Below are positions 34,901 through 46,485 of a stretch of 64,000 nt of DNA, piece after piece; positions within the stretch are counted from its first letter, which is position 1, and each line of letters starts with the position of its first letter. Position numbers and translations under genes: made by a program. This DNA is from Oculina patagonica. Taxonomy: Eukaryota. Below the pieces are notes generated by a model. That model worked only from the letters and a program-made list of their open reading frames with translations. It was not told the origin of the DNA and did no database searches. The stretch spans positions 21,452,001 through 21,516,000 of the forward strand of contig NC_135759.1 in the NCBI RefSeq assembly GCF_052425735.1, given 5' to 3'.

Positions 34901-35899
34901 GTTTTCCTGGGCTGATTGCTCAAAACGCACTCGCCTTTTTCTGCGCTGTTTGTTACTTGACAGACTCAAACTGTAGCTAAACTCTGGGAGGTCCGACACA
35001 GATGGTTTTCCAATTGCCTCATCATGGCATGAATGTTATTTATATTCGCTAGCGGCGTGTTGCGTGTGATCTCTAACAGGAAGTATTCGACCTTCTTTGT
35101 TTTCCAATCTTGGCATTGCCTGCGCTGAGAGCGCCCTGAATCATTTCCGGTTGTGCAGATTTCCGAACTGTGTTGAAATGGGGCTTCATTCAGTCGGGGC
35201 GGGCGTGATTCCTAATACTTGTGCACAGACGTAAGTGTAAATTGCGCAAATATGCTAATTGTATTATTTTGATGAGAAACAGATCTTTCATTAAACGGAG
35301 AAAAAGTGACATGCAGCTTTAAAGCCCAGCACTCTTCGGTCTTTCTGTTTCTATCCGCAAACGCGCGGGGATTTATCTCTTTTCTAGAGCGTATTATACA
35401 AATAAACCTAAATGCGTTTCCGTGTCATCGCTAACATGAAATCCGTGTAGTATTTCTGGCAAGAACTGACCCGGAGTTTTATAAGGACGTGCTATTTCTC
35501 TTCACTCAATCCCGCCTCCTGGGTCATGTTTATCATTCACTGTTGTGTGAAGTTTTACTCTTTTATTGTTTTCTTTTGAGATATATTTGATAGGTGTCGA
35601 TAAATATTTATATAAAGCAGAACTAGGAATTTGGTCAAAAAACACGAATAAACCCTTGGCAAAGCTGGATTAGCGCAAGCTATGTAATCCTTCAGGAAAC
35701 ATTCTACCGTATAGGGCGAACTTTGCGACTTAACATGGAGATAAATGCGTCCTTTCAGGCCGATTCTACGAGGTGGCCCTTGAATAGACTCATGCCCCCC
35801 TATCACGCCCCGCCATGAAAGCTTTAATTTATCATCTCCATTTACAATTCGGCCGACAACGAGCCATGTGATTGGTCGTTTGTCACCCCACCTAACTCC

Positions 35900-36808
35900 A
35901 TGTCAATCCCTTCTTGTCAAGCGAGGCACATTTCATGTGTTTTGTTGGAGTACGCAGTTCAAACCATGCAAGCAACACAAAATAATCTGGGATTGTTTCG
36001 CGTTTTCAAACCAACGATTCTCTTTCACGCACCGTCGTTGCCATCTCTGCAACAAATATTTCGTCCGCCAGAGCTAGGAAATTCATCATCGCTTTGGAAG
36101 CAGGCTGTGGGACCGCTTGGCTTTGCTGCAGCTTTTACTAAAACGCCTCCACCCCCTGTTAACGTCCAAGTTTCTCCGATGAGTTTTTGCGCTGAATCTC
36201 AGGCGGCCATTCCTTCTATTTGCGTCGTATCCCAGAACTCTGACCAGCCAGTCAAGCCGAATTTTAAACCCGCGCCGGTTTTGCGTGTCCTCGAAGAATC
36301 GGGTGAAAACTCGAACGTTTGCGTCCCAAATTTGAATGGCAAAGCAAGGAAGAAGAAGTACCCTTGCCCCTTGTGTGATATACGATGCAGCAACAACGGA
36401 CAGCTTCAAGGTCATTTACGAATTCATACCGGCGAAAAACCGTTTCAATGTTCTTTTGATGGATGCGAGAGACGTTTCGCTCGTAACGAGGAGTTAACGC
36501 GCCACAAACGAATCCACACCGGCGTGCGACCCCACAAGTGCGAAATATGCAACAAGGCCTTTGGAAGAAAAGATCATTTGAGCAAACATCAAAAGACTCA
36601 TCTTCAAAATTCCGAGAAAAAAGTGTTTACTTGCGTTGTGCTGGGATGCGGCCAGAAGTACAGTCGCTCCGATGCTCTGACTCGGCATCAGTGGACTGCC
36701 CATTCCTTGACAAAGGCGAGCTCTAGGGCGATGAAGCGCCTACCTCGTGATCCGCACGTCTTGAGAGCTATGAATCAATGCTCAGTCCCGGCTAGTGGTA
36801 CGTGGTAG
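35900..36808 (+). CDS. hkb: Huckebein-like Sp/Egr-related C2H2 zinc-finger transcription factor, intronless, 4 fingers (true start may be ATG 35966)
   Basis: Finger helices SNNGQLQGHLRIH, ARNEELTRHKRIH and GRKDHLSKHQKTH match the Huckebein fingers as I recall them (NNGQLKGH/RNEELTRH/RRDHLKKH); TGEKP linkers; fourth finger RSDALTRH. Confidence 0.85.
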   Translation: MSIPSCQARHISCVLLEYAVQTMQATQNNLGLFRVFKPTILFHAPSLPSLQQIFRPPELGNSSSLWKQAVGPLGFAAAFTKTPPPPVNVQVSPMSFCAESQAAIPSICVVSQNSDQPVKPNFKPAPVLRVLEESGENSNVCVPNLNGKARKKKYPCPLCDIRCSNNGQLQGHLRIHTGEKPFQCSFDGCERRFARNEELTRHKRIHTGVRPHKCEICNKAFGRKDHLSKHQKTHLQNSEKKVFTCVVLGCGQKYSRSDALTRHQWTAHSLTKASSRAMKRLPRDPHVLRAMNQCSVPASGTW

Positions 36809-39644
36809 AGCTCGCAACACTCCAGCTAACTTATCGCCCGGCTTATGATTTGTTTATTATGAAACATGAGTGAAAGAAATGTCAGAACTCCGAGAAACAG
36901 GCAAGTCCACTGACAAGCAATCACAGAAGAACCAGAACTACCGTTGAATTAACTTTGCGAATGATTCGTGAACGGAATTGTTTTATTTTGGAAGCTAAAG
37001 TGCATTAAGTTGCTATCATCGCCTGCCTGCATTTACTTCATGCTTTCATGGTGGTATAAAGATTGGAGAGCGCGACCTTATCTTTGAAATTTAATATCGG
37101 TCGGACAAGTCACAATTCGCCACTTTAACTAATGCTTTGGGGCTTCTTTCATAAAGAAGCCGGCAACCTTGAGCGCGTGAAAAAGCGGCAAAGCTTATTC
37201 ACAAAAGATCGAAACAATTCATTAATAACCAAATAATTATCCCAGGTGTATTTATTTTGTTCAAAGAGTTCTTCCTCACTCCATCTGTTTATTTGCCATA
37301 ATTGAAGTAGCGTTCGCAATTATTTCAGTCAAATTTGCAAATCAACGCTGCTCAAAGACAATTTAGAATTCTATTAAGAACAGTGTTAGCTAACGCTTTC
37401 ATTAGCAAATAACAATAGACTTGTTATCTTTGGCAATCTATTGTAGCACTTAACGCCATTTTCCTTCACAATTTGATAATTTGTCGTTCAATGGAAGAAA
37501 AACAATCGCATCAAACAAAACTGACGCCCGCCGGGAAAAGACAATGCATTTTCCGTGGGAAAAATAATAGACAATGGATTCAATTTAATGATGAACTACC
37601 TGTAACAGATTGAGAAATTTTTCAATAGTTTTTATTAAAAATTGTAACACTGTTGTTATTCGTATATTACTCTGATGTTTTGTTGTTTTGCTGTTTGTAT
37701 GGGTCAAGAGAACAGCTATAGTGATATTTTCAGGACGCTGACATCACATGGCAGGCAAAACCATCGAGTCTGAGACAATTGACTCCAAAACACTCACGCC
37801 TACCGCGAACTAATAAACTGCTCAAGTGTCAATAACATTCCCGCTAAGGCGCGGCGGCAGTCGTGTAAACTGAGTGGGCAAAACATGGGAAGTAATAACA
37901 TTTCCGCAAAGAATTATAGTCCAAACTCACAGTTGTATAACCGCTTTTTACGCTAATTTGTTGAAAAAGTTTTGAGAGGAATCAAACTTAATGTTTTCTT
38001 TCTGTAAAATGATCATAAACAGGTATAAACCACTTCATTTTGTGATTCTGAACTTCCACCCCGGCTTAGTTCCCGTTATTTTGTGATCAGATATTTTGGA
38101 GGGGCGTGAGTCTGAAGTACGTGCGGCACCGGCATTTAATTTACAATTATTTTTGCGGTTCCAATTTTTGCCAACTGAAGTTTATACAGACTTTTTCGGC
38201 GTCTTGCTTTTTTTTTATAGGAATTCAAAACCTTAAAAGAGCTTTTCCTCTGAAGCCAAACTCAGCGCTAGCGCTTGAAACGACCTTTGATAAGGACGTT
38301 CCCTTTCCGTGCCTCACAATTTTAAGAGTGTGTGATTTTCCAGTCTCAATTTACTGTTCGTAAAAGCCATTTATTCCTGTTAGGATATACAACAATTGAA
38401 TGTGGGCGTGTGAAATGTCTTTTTTTTTCTGAGTTTATAAATGGTCATAAACTGCGCGACTTTAATTTCCTTTCAACACTTCACCGCCTTTAAATTGGTC
38501 TCCGACAAATGGAAATAATTTGAACATCTTCATTTTCTAATTCAGGTCCACCGAGGTCGCCTCCATGTCATTTTGGATTTCATGCAGGCTATATCTTCTG
38601 TACCTTACAAATTTACATTTCTGTTGGGCCAATGTCCGGTTAACCCTCTATTAGCCTCGTTCCCAGGATCTAGCCCTACGCGCGTACGCGGACAATGACA
38701 AGAAGGAAGACCTCCTGGAAACGAGGTTGCAAGTACATATCACCACTTGTGGCAAAGAGGAAATCGCAGGTTCCCATTGTTTCATAAGAAAACAGACTGT
38801 CTTCGCGCTGACTGAATTTCATTTCTCGGGACAGGCACAAGCTTACTCTGCGTGACAGGCGTGGTGAAATCAAGAAAGAACGATCCCCTCCAGCCTGTAT
38901 GCAGGTTCAACTTTGGGTCAATCCGAAGCTGCCCCGCGCGCCGGCTCGCGTCGCTCACCGACTCGTTCTTGAGGCTTCGCCGCCGGTGCGTGGGACCCAG
39001 AGGTGAACCTGTCCGCACGCTAGATTCCCTTCCTCTCTATGTCCCTCTCCTAACAATTGCGCTTTATGCTCTCCCCTCACACTCGAATTCCCTTTTTTCC
39101 TCCCCTATATACGCCTTTCACGTTAGATTCAAACCTCCGCTACCGGATGCCTCCCATACGCGGACAATAAAAAGTCGTGGTTTCAGCCACAGACAAACGC
39201 TATACTGTACATTACTTTTTCTGGTCCCAAGAGTGTCTGCTTATTCCCACCAGTCCCTGCCACCACATTTTTAATGTGACACTAAACTTAGCGGCGTCGG
39301 GGTAAAGCAGACACCAATCCCTTTACACAGCTGCTGAAAATCAACCTCTGTCGGTCGCGACATTTTACGAACCAATTAAAACCCAACTGGATACACTCCA
39401 AGTTAGTTGGAGTGAAACGTAACTTTTCTAGTAAGGAAAATGTTCGTGATACATCCTAGCTAGTTGTTTAGACTTCTTTGGAAAAAGTGAATACAAGGGC
39501 ATATCAGACGTCTTTGGTATGCCTTTGATGTCTTTCTTATTGATATGTCTGATATTTTTTAGAGGGGAGGGAAACGCCATCGCCCATGCAATGTTAAATA
39601 CCACCCGGCCCCTCTCCACCTTTTAAGAAAGTCGAGGTCCTATG

Positions 39645-40045
39645 CCCAGGGGGGTTACTCCGGCTTGTTAATGACGGGGATGATCGAAGGATTTTTTTGG
39701 GTTTGAAATTTTCGATTCCGGGATTTTTTTTTTGAATTTGGCAAGTATATTTTTGAGTGACTTGATTTAAATAGGGGATGATTTTTTTGAGCGGGGCCGG
39801 ATGGCTGTACACAGGCTAGATCTTTTGGGGGTATTAAAAACGAACTAAAGTGCCTTGGCGTATTTATGGTATGATGAATAAACAAACACGAGCGTTCAAT
39901 TTATTTATGATTTTCTTTGTGTTATACTATTGCCACACCTGGCAATTTAGGGGTAATTTGACAGGGGATTTTTTTGGGTCCTGAGTTTTGCCTCTATTCG
40001 ATCATCCCCGTCATTTACAAGCCGGAATACCCCCCCCCCCCCTGG
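39645..40045. mobile_element. MITE with CCCAGGGGGG termini
   Basis: CCCAGGGGGGTTACTCCGGCTTGTTAATGACGGGGATGATCGAA / TTCGATCATCCCCGTCATTTACAAGCCGGAATA(C)nTGGG. Confidence 0.82.
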
Positions 40046-40119
40046 GGTTCTATGTCCAGGATGTCACGGTCACAATGTATTGAAGGGATTGAGTAATTTT
40101 TTGTAAACGTACAAAGGTA

Positions 40120-40724
40120 CAGTAGAACCCCGGTAACTCGAACTCTGAAGGGAAACGAAAAATAGTTCGAGTCAGCGGGGTTTCGAGTTCAATTGCATAT
40201 TTAATTTGCCAGGTTAATAATTGATCGTTTATCGACTTTTTAGCACTTCAGTACACAGTATAGTGCAAATTAAACTTATCTGGTCAGAAACACTCACACG
40301 ATCATACATTTCTAGGATAAGAGTGGAAAATGACAGTCAGATACATGATCTATTCGTTGCTCTAATTAAAATCGAATTGCTGTAGTATTCGTTTTAGTGT
40401 TTAAATCCGATTACGACAAGAAGAGCTAATGGGATATAAATGGGCATACGTGCCGAGTGGCAAGAACCACAATTTGAGTTATCGGGGTAAATTTGCCCCA
40501 AATTTTGATCAAAGGGAAACGAAATTTAGTTCGAGTTCGAGTGGCAAATAAATGATGATGATGATGATGATAATGATGAGTTAGCGGGGTTTTCGAGTTA
40601 TCTGAGTTCGAGTTAACCGAGTAAAAATGATTGAAAAGTGAGTTCAAAACCAAAGGAAATGGAAGTTAGTTCGAGTTACGGGGTTGTTCGAGTTATCCGA
40701 GTTCGAGTTACCGGGGTTGTACTG
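40120..40724. mobile_element. pogo/Tigger-type MITE, TA TSD
   Basis: ta|CAGTAGAACCCCGGTAACTCGAACTC...GAGTTCGAGTTACCGGGGTTGTACTG|ta; TTCGAGTT repeats; contains (TGA)n at 40552-40578. Confidence 0.88.
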
Positions 40725-43700
40725 TACTTTCAAATCGAGGAAAACCTCAAAAAACTAACCATGGTAAACAACAACAACAACAACATTACTACAACAACAA
40801 CAAAAGAGGTAACAAGGGACAAGGATTGTGATCAAGCCAGATTGCAAATGACAAACGGACTTCAAACCAAGTCACCTGACTACAGGAAAAACCTGACGGT
40901 GATGCAAGACTGGTCCAGTCAGTCTGTGTACATACACCCCCAGGGCGCCATGAACAATCGCCCTCAGGGAGGCTACGTGCCAGTTAACTTGGAGGTATAC
41001 GAAAATGCAAATCTTGTGATGTAAAATTCAGTTTTCGAATTGCAAAAAGTACTCTGGAATAATTTTGTTCACGGGTTTACTTTCAGTCAATGATTGTTTC
41101 TTAAAGCGATTTTCGATGCCTAAACAAGAACAATGTCCAACAATCCTTGAGAAAACTGATATCGTGTCGCGGATAAATTTACAATCACAAAGGCCAGAAA
41201 AAAGATTTTTAGGTTTGCCTTCCGCCACCGTTTCGAGTCCATTCTCAACTCAACTGTTCGCACGAGAAAGAAAACATTCACTCATTGACTTGTGTCATTT
41301 TTTCCTCAAGTTTCCGTTGACTTTTTTTTTAAGAACAAAGGTGTCATGCACAAATGCGCCATCATCGTCTATCTTCAAGGCACTGCTCAACTCTCTTGTG
41401 GCGAAACAATTTAGCACAACCAGCTGGTGTAAGACCTTCCTTGTCGACGGAATACAAATCTGCTCCATTATCCAGCAATAAGCGAACTGCGTCAATGTGA
41501 CCGGAGCCTGCAGACACATGCAGCGGTGTGTTTCCACTAGCATCAAACGCATTGACATCACTGCCTGAATCAATTAAAACACGCGCAACTTCCGTCTTGC
41601 CACGTGCAGCAGCTGTGTGAAGAGCAATGCTGCCTTCAGAATCCCTTGCGTTCACATCAGCTCCATGTTCAAGAAACAAAGACACCATGTCCACATCACT
41701 GAAAGCTGAAGCCAGGTGTAGAGGAGTGCTTCCTTCATTATCTTTATTCTCCACGTCTGCACCGCGTTCGAGAAGTACTCGAGCAACGGGCTTCTGGTCA
41801 AAAACTGCGCAGATGTGTAGCGGAGTGCAACCTTTAGCGTCTCTAGCCTCGAGATTGCTGCAAAAAAAAATGTAACGTAAATAGCTGGAAGCGCATATGC
41901 CGAAAAGTCTGTGCACTGGATTCTGGATCGACGGGTGCTAGTTAGAGCCACGTCCGGGGACGCTGTTATTTTCTTCAGCCAACACAAAGACAGTGCCTTT
42001 CTCTCCGCGCAGGAAAAAAGGAAGGATATGGCTACCTGACAAATTGCTGGGGAACTTTGCGATTATCTATAATTCTGAGCAAATGTTCTTGGGACAATAG
42101 GCCAGTTTCGAATTACGCTCCACTGATCACAAACAAAGGAATAAAGTCGAGGTTCAGGGGAATAATTTGAATTTTCTTTTGGTTTATTTCCCTCAACCTC
42201 GACTTCACACCTTTGCTTAGGATCATAAGAGCGTAATTCGAAACCAGCCTATTAACAAAATGCCAATGACAAAGTCTTTGAGGGTGGGAAGGTCACTTCA
42301 TTCAGGGGGGAGCAATGGAACCGATGAGCCACCGGCTCCTCCGATCCATAGGACTAACACGAATTCTTTGCCAGACAGTTAGTTCCCTTTATTTTTTTGT
42401 TTCGTTATTACAGGAAGCTAGACACGTTTTATAGTATTCCAGGAAGAGAAGAATCGGTTGGGAGGTAAAGTGTCCCTAATCACTTCCTAGATTCCTTGAA
42501 TAGAACTTTTTAGATCATGTAGATAAAAGTAAGACCAGGTTCAGGAGGCACAAATTACACCAAAAACAACTTTTATCTTACCTTCCGTGATTAATCATAA
42601 TCGAGACGGCTTGTATCCTCCCTGAACAGCAGCCTATATGTAGAGGAGTACTGCCTTTATAATCTACAGCTTCAAGATCACTGCCACGCATCAACAGAGT
42701 TTTTACTAGAACCATTCCTCCGTCTGAGTACAAAGCGAGATGCAGTGGGGTACTACCAAGTTCATCAACAGCATTAACTTGTCCTCCATGTTGAATGACT
42801 TTCACCAAACTTTCCCGGTCACCAAAATAACTCGCCATGTGCAGGCACGTTCTTCCCTGGATATTAGTTGCATGAACATCGCTTCCTTCCTTAATTAACA
42901 ACTCAACTATCTCACCTCTATGGTGTGCAATGGCTACGTGAAGAGGCGTATTTTCTTGCTTATCTCGACTGTGAATATTGCCGCCTGCTTTTACCAGGGC
43001 CCTCATCACACTTGTCGAATATTCGGAAAAGGAAGCAGCAGCATGATGAAGAGGAGTGCAACCATGTACGTTGACTGCATTAACATCTCCACCATTTCTT
43101 ATAATTTGTTTCACAAGACTGCTTGGACCCTGTCGGACAGCTAAATGAAGGGCTGTATTGCGATCTTTATCTGCCACTTGCACGCTGCTTCCACGTTCTA
43201 ACAAAATCTTCACTCCCTCAACTGACCTGTTATTAGCGGCCATGCTCACTAACAGTGGCGTCTGACCTCTGTTGTTAAGAGCAGACAAGTCTGCTCCTCT
43301 ATCAACAAGTCGTTCAATCATCTCTGGACTTCCACGTGCTGCTGCCCTGTGTAAAGGCGTGTTCCCATACTTGTCTCTTGCCTCAAGCTCTGCTCCTTCG
43401 TTCAAGAGACTGTCCAAGGTAGATACGGACCCAGATACTGCAGCAAAGTGAAGTGTTGTTCGACCACTTGCCGCATCCACAGCTTGCCTGTCACCTCCAT
43501 TGCTGAGGTACAAATCAACCAAGCTCCAGGTCCAGGTCCAGCTCCAATTCAACTTTTCAACAAGTTCGTCTGTTAATCCAAACATTGTACGTCCACTGAA
43601 ATCTCTTGCATTGACGTCGCTCCCATAGCGAATCAGATATTCAACCAATTCTTTACGACCGTTTTTTGCAGCAAAGTGAAGCGCATTTCTCCCTTTATCG

Positions 43701-43763
43701 TCGACAGCGGTTATGTCACTCCCACTTTCTACCAACATCACGGCAGCAGCAATATCATGTTTC

Positions 43764-45811
43764 AAATATCAAATATTTTACTAATTGATGGAATAATAAA
43801 CTTTGCGGATAATACGAATAAACCCGGTCTCCTGATGTTTGTAGACTTCGAAAAGGCGTTTGATTCGATCGAGTGGTCTTTTATAGAACGAGCTCTCATA
43901 CACTTCGGTTTCGGGCCCTCGCTGGTGAACTGGTTCAGGCTTTTCTACAAAGATGTCTCCAGCGCCATCCAAAACAACGGTTGGGTCTCAGAGCATTTCA
44001 TCTTAGGTAGAGGGGTCAGGCAAGGCTGCCCGATGTCCCCATACTTGTTCATAATAGCAGCTGAGATACTAGCCAATTTTATAAGAAGGGATAAAGACAT
44101 AAAGGGGTTTGAAACGAATGAAGTAGAACACAAACTAAGCCAATATGCCGACGATACAACCTTAATACTCGACGGTTCTGAGGGCTCATTTCTTCGTGCA
44201 GTTGCAGTCTTGGACGGATTTCACATAATCTCTGGGCTCAAGGTGAATTACGAGAAAACAAAAGTGCTATGGGTGGGTTCAGCAAAAGAAAGAGAACCAA
44301 TAAAATGTGACAAATCGGAAATTTCCTGGGTGAAAGGAAAAGTATTTGCACTTGGAATTTGGTTTGCAACAGACAGGAAGACAATGCTCCGCTGCAATTA
44401 CGAGGTAAGGATCAAAAAGATAGAAAGTGTAATTGAATCATGGCAGTTTAGGAGGCTCAGTTTAATCGGAAAAATTACCATCATTAAAAGTCTCCTGGTT
44501 TCCCAACTGGTCTATATTTTAACGCCGCTAACCACCTCCGTAGAAGCATTACAAAAAGTCAATAAAATGTTTTTCGATTTTCTCTGGGATGGTAAAGGAG
44601 ATAAGGTTAAAAGGATATTTATAACCAAAGATTACAAGGAGGGCGGCCTAAAAATGATTGATATAAACAAGTTCAATCAATCTCTCAAAGTCTCCTGGAT
44701 CCAAAAATACCTGGATCCGACAAATGATGGGAAATGGAAATTTGTTTTCGAGGACAGTCTTAAAAAGCATGGAGGAAGGGATATTTTCACCTGCAATCTT
44801 CACAAAGACGACATCCCCACGTTAGGGGTCTGTAACCCCTTCGTCCAAGAGGTACTGGAAGCCTGGGCAGAGTTACATTTTACGGATGTCACTGACATCA
44901 CTGATGTAAATGTTGGTGACCAGATCATCTGGTACAATTCTCTTATTCGAATAAACGACCGACCCGTTTTCCATAAACATTGGTTCAACCACGGAATTTG
45001 CAAAATTTCCCACTTATTGGACGAGAATGGCACCCTGCTTAGGTACGACGAGCTGAGGATTAAGTTCCCCGAGCTAAAATGGTTTGAATCATTTGCCGTT
45101 CTTTCAGCTATAAGGTCATTTATAAGGAAGCTACATAATCCTCAGACGCCAGACAATAACATTATGAAAGGAGTATCTTTAGCTGATCTTACCTCTAAGA
45201 GTAAGATCAATCATTTTGTGTATACCTCTCTTTTAAAGAGAGAAAAAATCCCACCCATTGGAAGCCAAGTAAAATGGCTGAGAGACCTTCATGTTCAGAA
45301 CGACTGTGAGGTAGACTGGAAAGTAGCATACACAATTGCTTTTAATTGTACGGCGTCCACCAAATTAAGAACCTTCCATTTTAAATTCTTACATCGGAGG
45401 ATTGCCACGAATGATTTTCTGCAGAGAATCAACCTTATACCTTCAAATAAATGTTGCTTCTGTGCAAAACAAACAGAGACTATCATCCATCTTTTCTTGA
45501 ACTGTCCCATAACGCAATGTTTTTGGGAAGATATTAAACAATTTCTCTTTCAAAAGGGCTTTGGGACTGAGTTTGTTCTCACAGATCTCCATTTGATGGG
45601 GCTGTTAAGAATCCCGACTAACACAGCCGTTAATCTTGTGCTTCTAATTGCGAGATATCATCTTTACTCCCGGAAATTAGGCGGAGCGCCTCCTTGTTTG
45701 TCTGTTTTCTTGAGTAAGTTGAATTCCATTATTCAAATTGAAAAACAAATAGCTTTGCATAGTAATCGTTTGACCGCCTTCACAAACAAGTGGAAGATGT
45801 TTCTCTGTTAA
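43764..45811 (+). CDS. LINE ORF2 fragment (RT plus CCHC domain), intact frame, 5'-truncated
   Basis: ORF 43676..45811; the first ~29 codons are antisense host sequence. Confidence 0.88.
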
Positions 45812-46448
45812 TCTCCTCTACACTTTTTTCCCTATAAATTATCTCCATGTTTTATCCGTTTGATTTATCCACCAATCTAGTTTCTGTAAACCAAGTGTTG
45901 GTTTAGTTTTTTTTCAAATGTGAAATTTATTTATAGATCCGTCTAGCCATTATGTAGTTTTTTTTTTTTTTTTTTTTTGAAAAATTTAATCTAGTCGACT
46001 GTTTCCTTTACTAAGTAGTTGCTGTAGCGTCATTGTTATTTGTATATATGCATAGTTTTTCTGCTGTTTTTTTTTTTTTTTTTCCTTTTTGCACTGTAAT
46101 TGTGGCATGAGGCATTGTTAGTATCACTGAAAGCATAGCAAAAAACAAAAGAAAAAGAAAAGAAAAAAAAAAAGAGAGAAATATATATGTAGATTTAAAT
46201 AAGTAATAAGCAAATACAGTATTGTAAATTAGATAGTATTGTAAGTTTTGTAATGTTAATATGGTAGGTAACACCAGTATTTTATTAGGATATAAGGTAT
46301 TGTCAGTATTGTTAACAATGTTTTCTTGTACTGTTAGTAACTGTAAGTAATGTAGTTAATGTTAGTATTGTAAGTAATGTTAGTTTTGTTTAAGTAATTT
46401 GTGGTATTGTAAGTATTGTTAGTATTGTAAGAAAATTTGTTGTTCTCA

Positions 46449-46480
<32 letters not shown>
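43764..46480 (+). mobile_element. 5'-truncated L1/Tx1-clade LINE with 13-bp TSD AATATCATGTTTC and ~30-nt poly-A
   Basis: TSD at 43751-43763 and 46481-46493; AATAAA fused to A30; RT motifs DFEKAFD, GVRQGCPMSP, QYADD and a C-terminal CxxC..ETxxHLFxxC (zf-RVT) knuckle. Confidence 0.95.

Positions 46481-46485
<5 letters not shown>

Noticed and set aside
38676-39274. GC-rich ORFs of 65-140 aa
   Set aside because: Non-ATG starts or no domain; more consistent with repeat fragments.
43676-43763. N-terminus of the 711-aa ORF as a real LINE start
   Set aside because: Lies outside the TSD and is antisense ankyrin sequence with a GTG start; the element is 5'-truncated.
42578-43765. 395-aa and 278-aa (53214..54050) ankyrin ORFs as separate genes
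   Set aside because: They are continuations of the giant exons after the insertion and the frameshift respectively.
46334-46480. Poly-Phe/Asn-Thr C-terminus of the 968-aa ankyrin ORF as a membrane anchor
   Set aside because: It is the antisense read-through of the LINE poly-A and 3'UTR.
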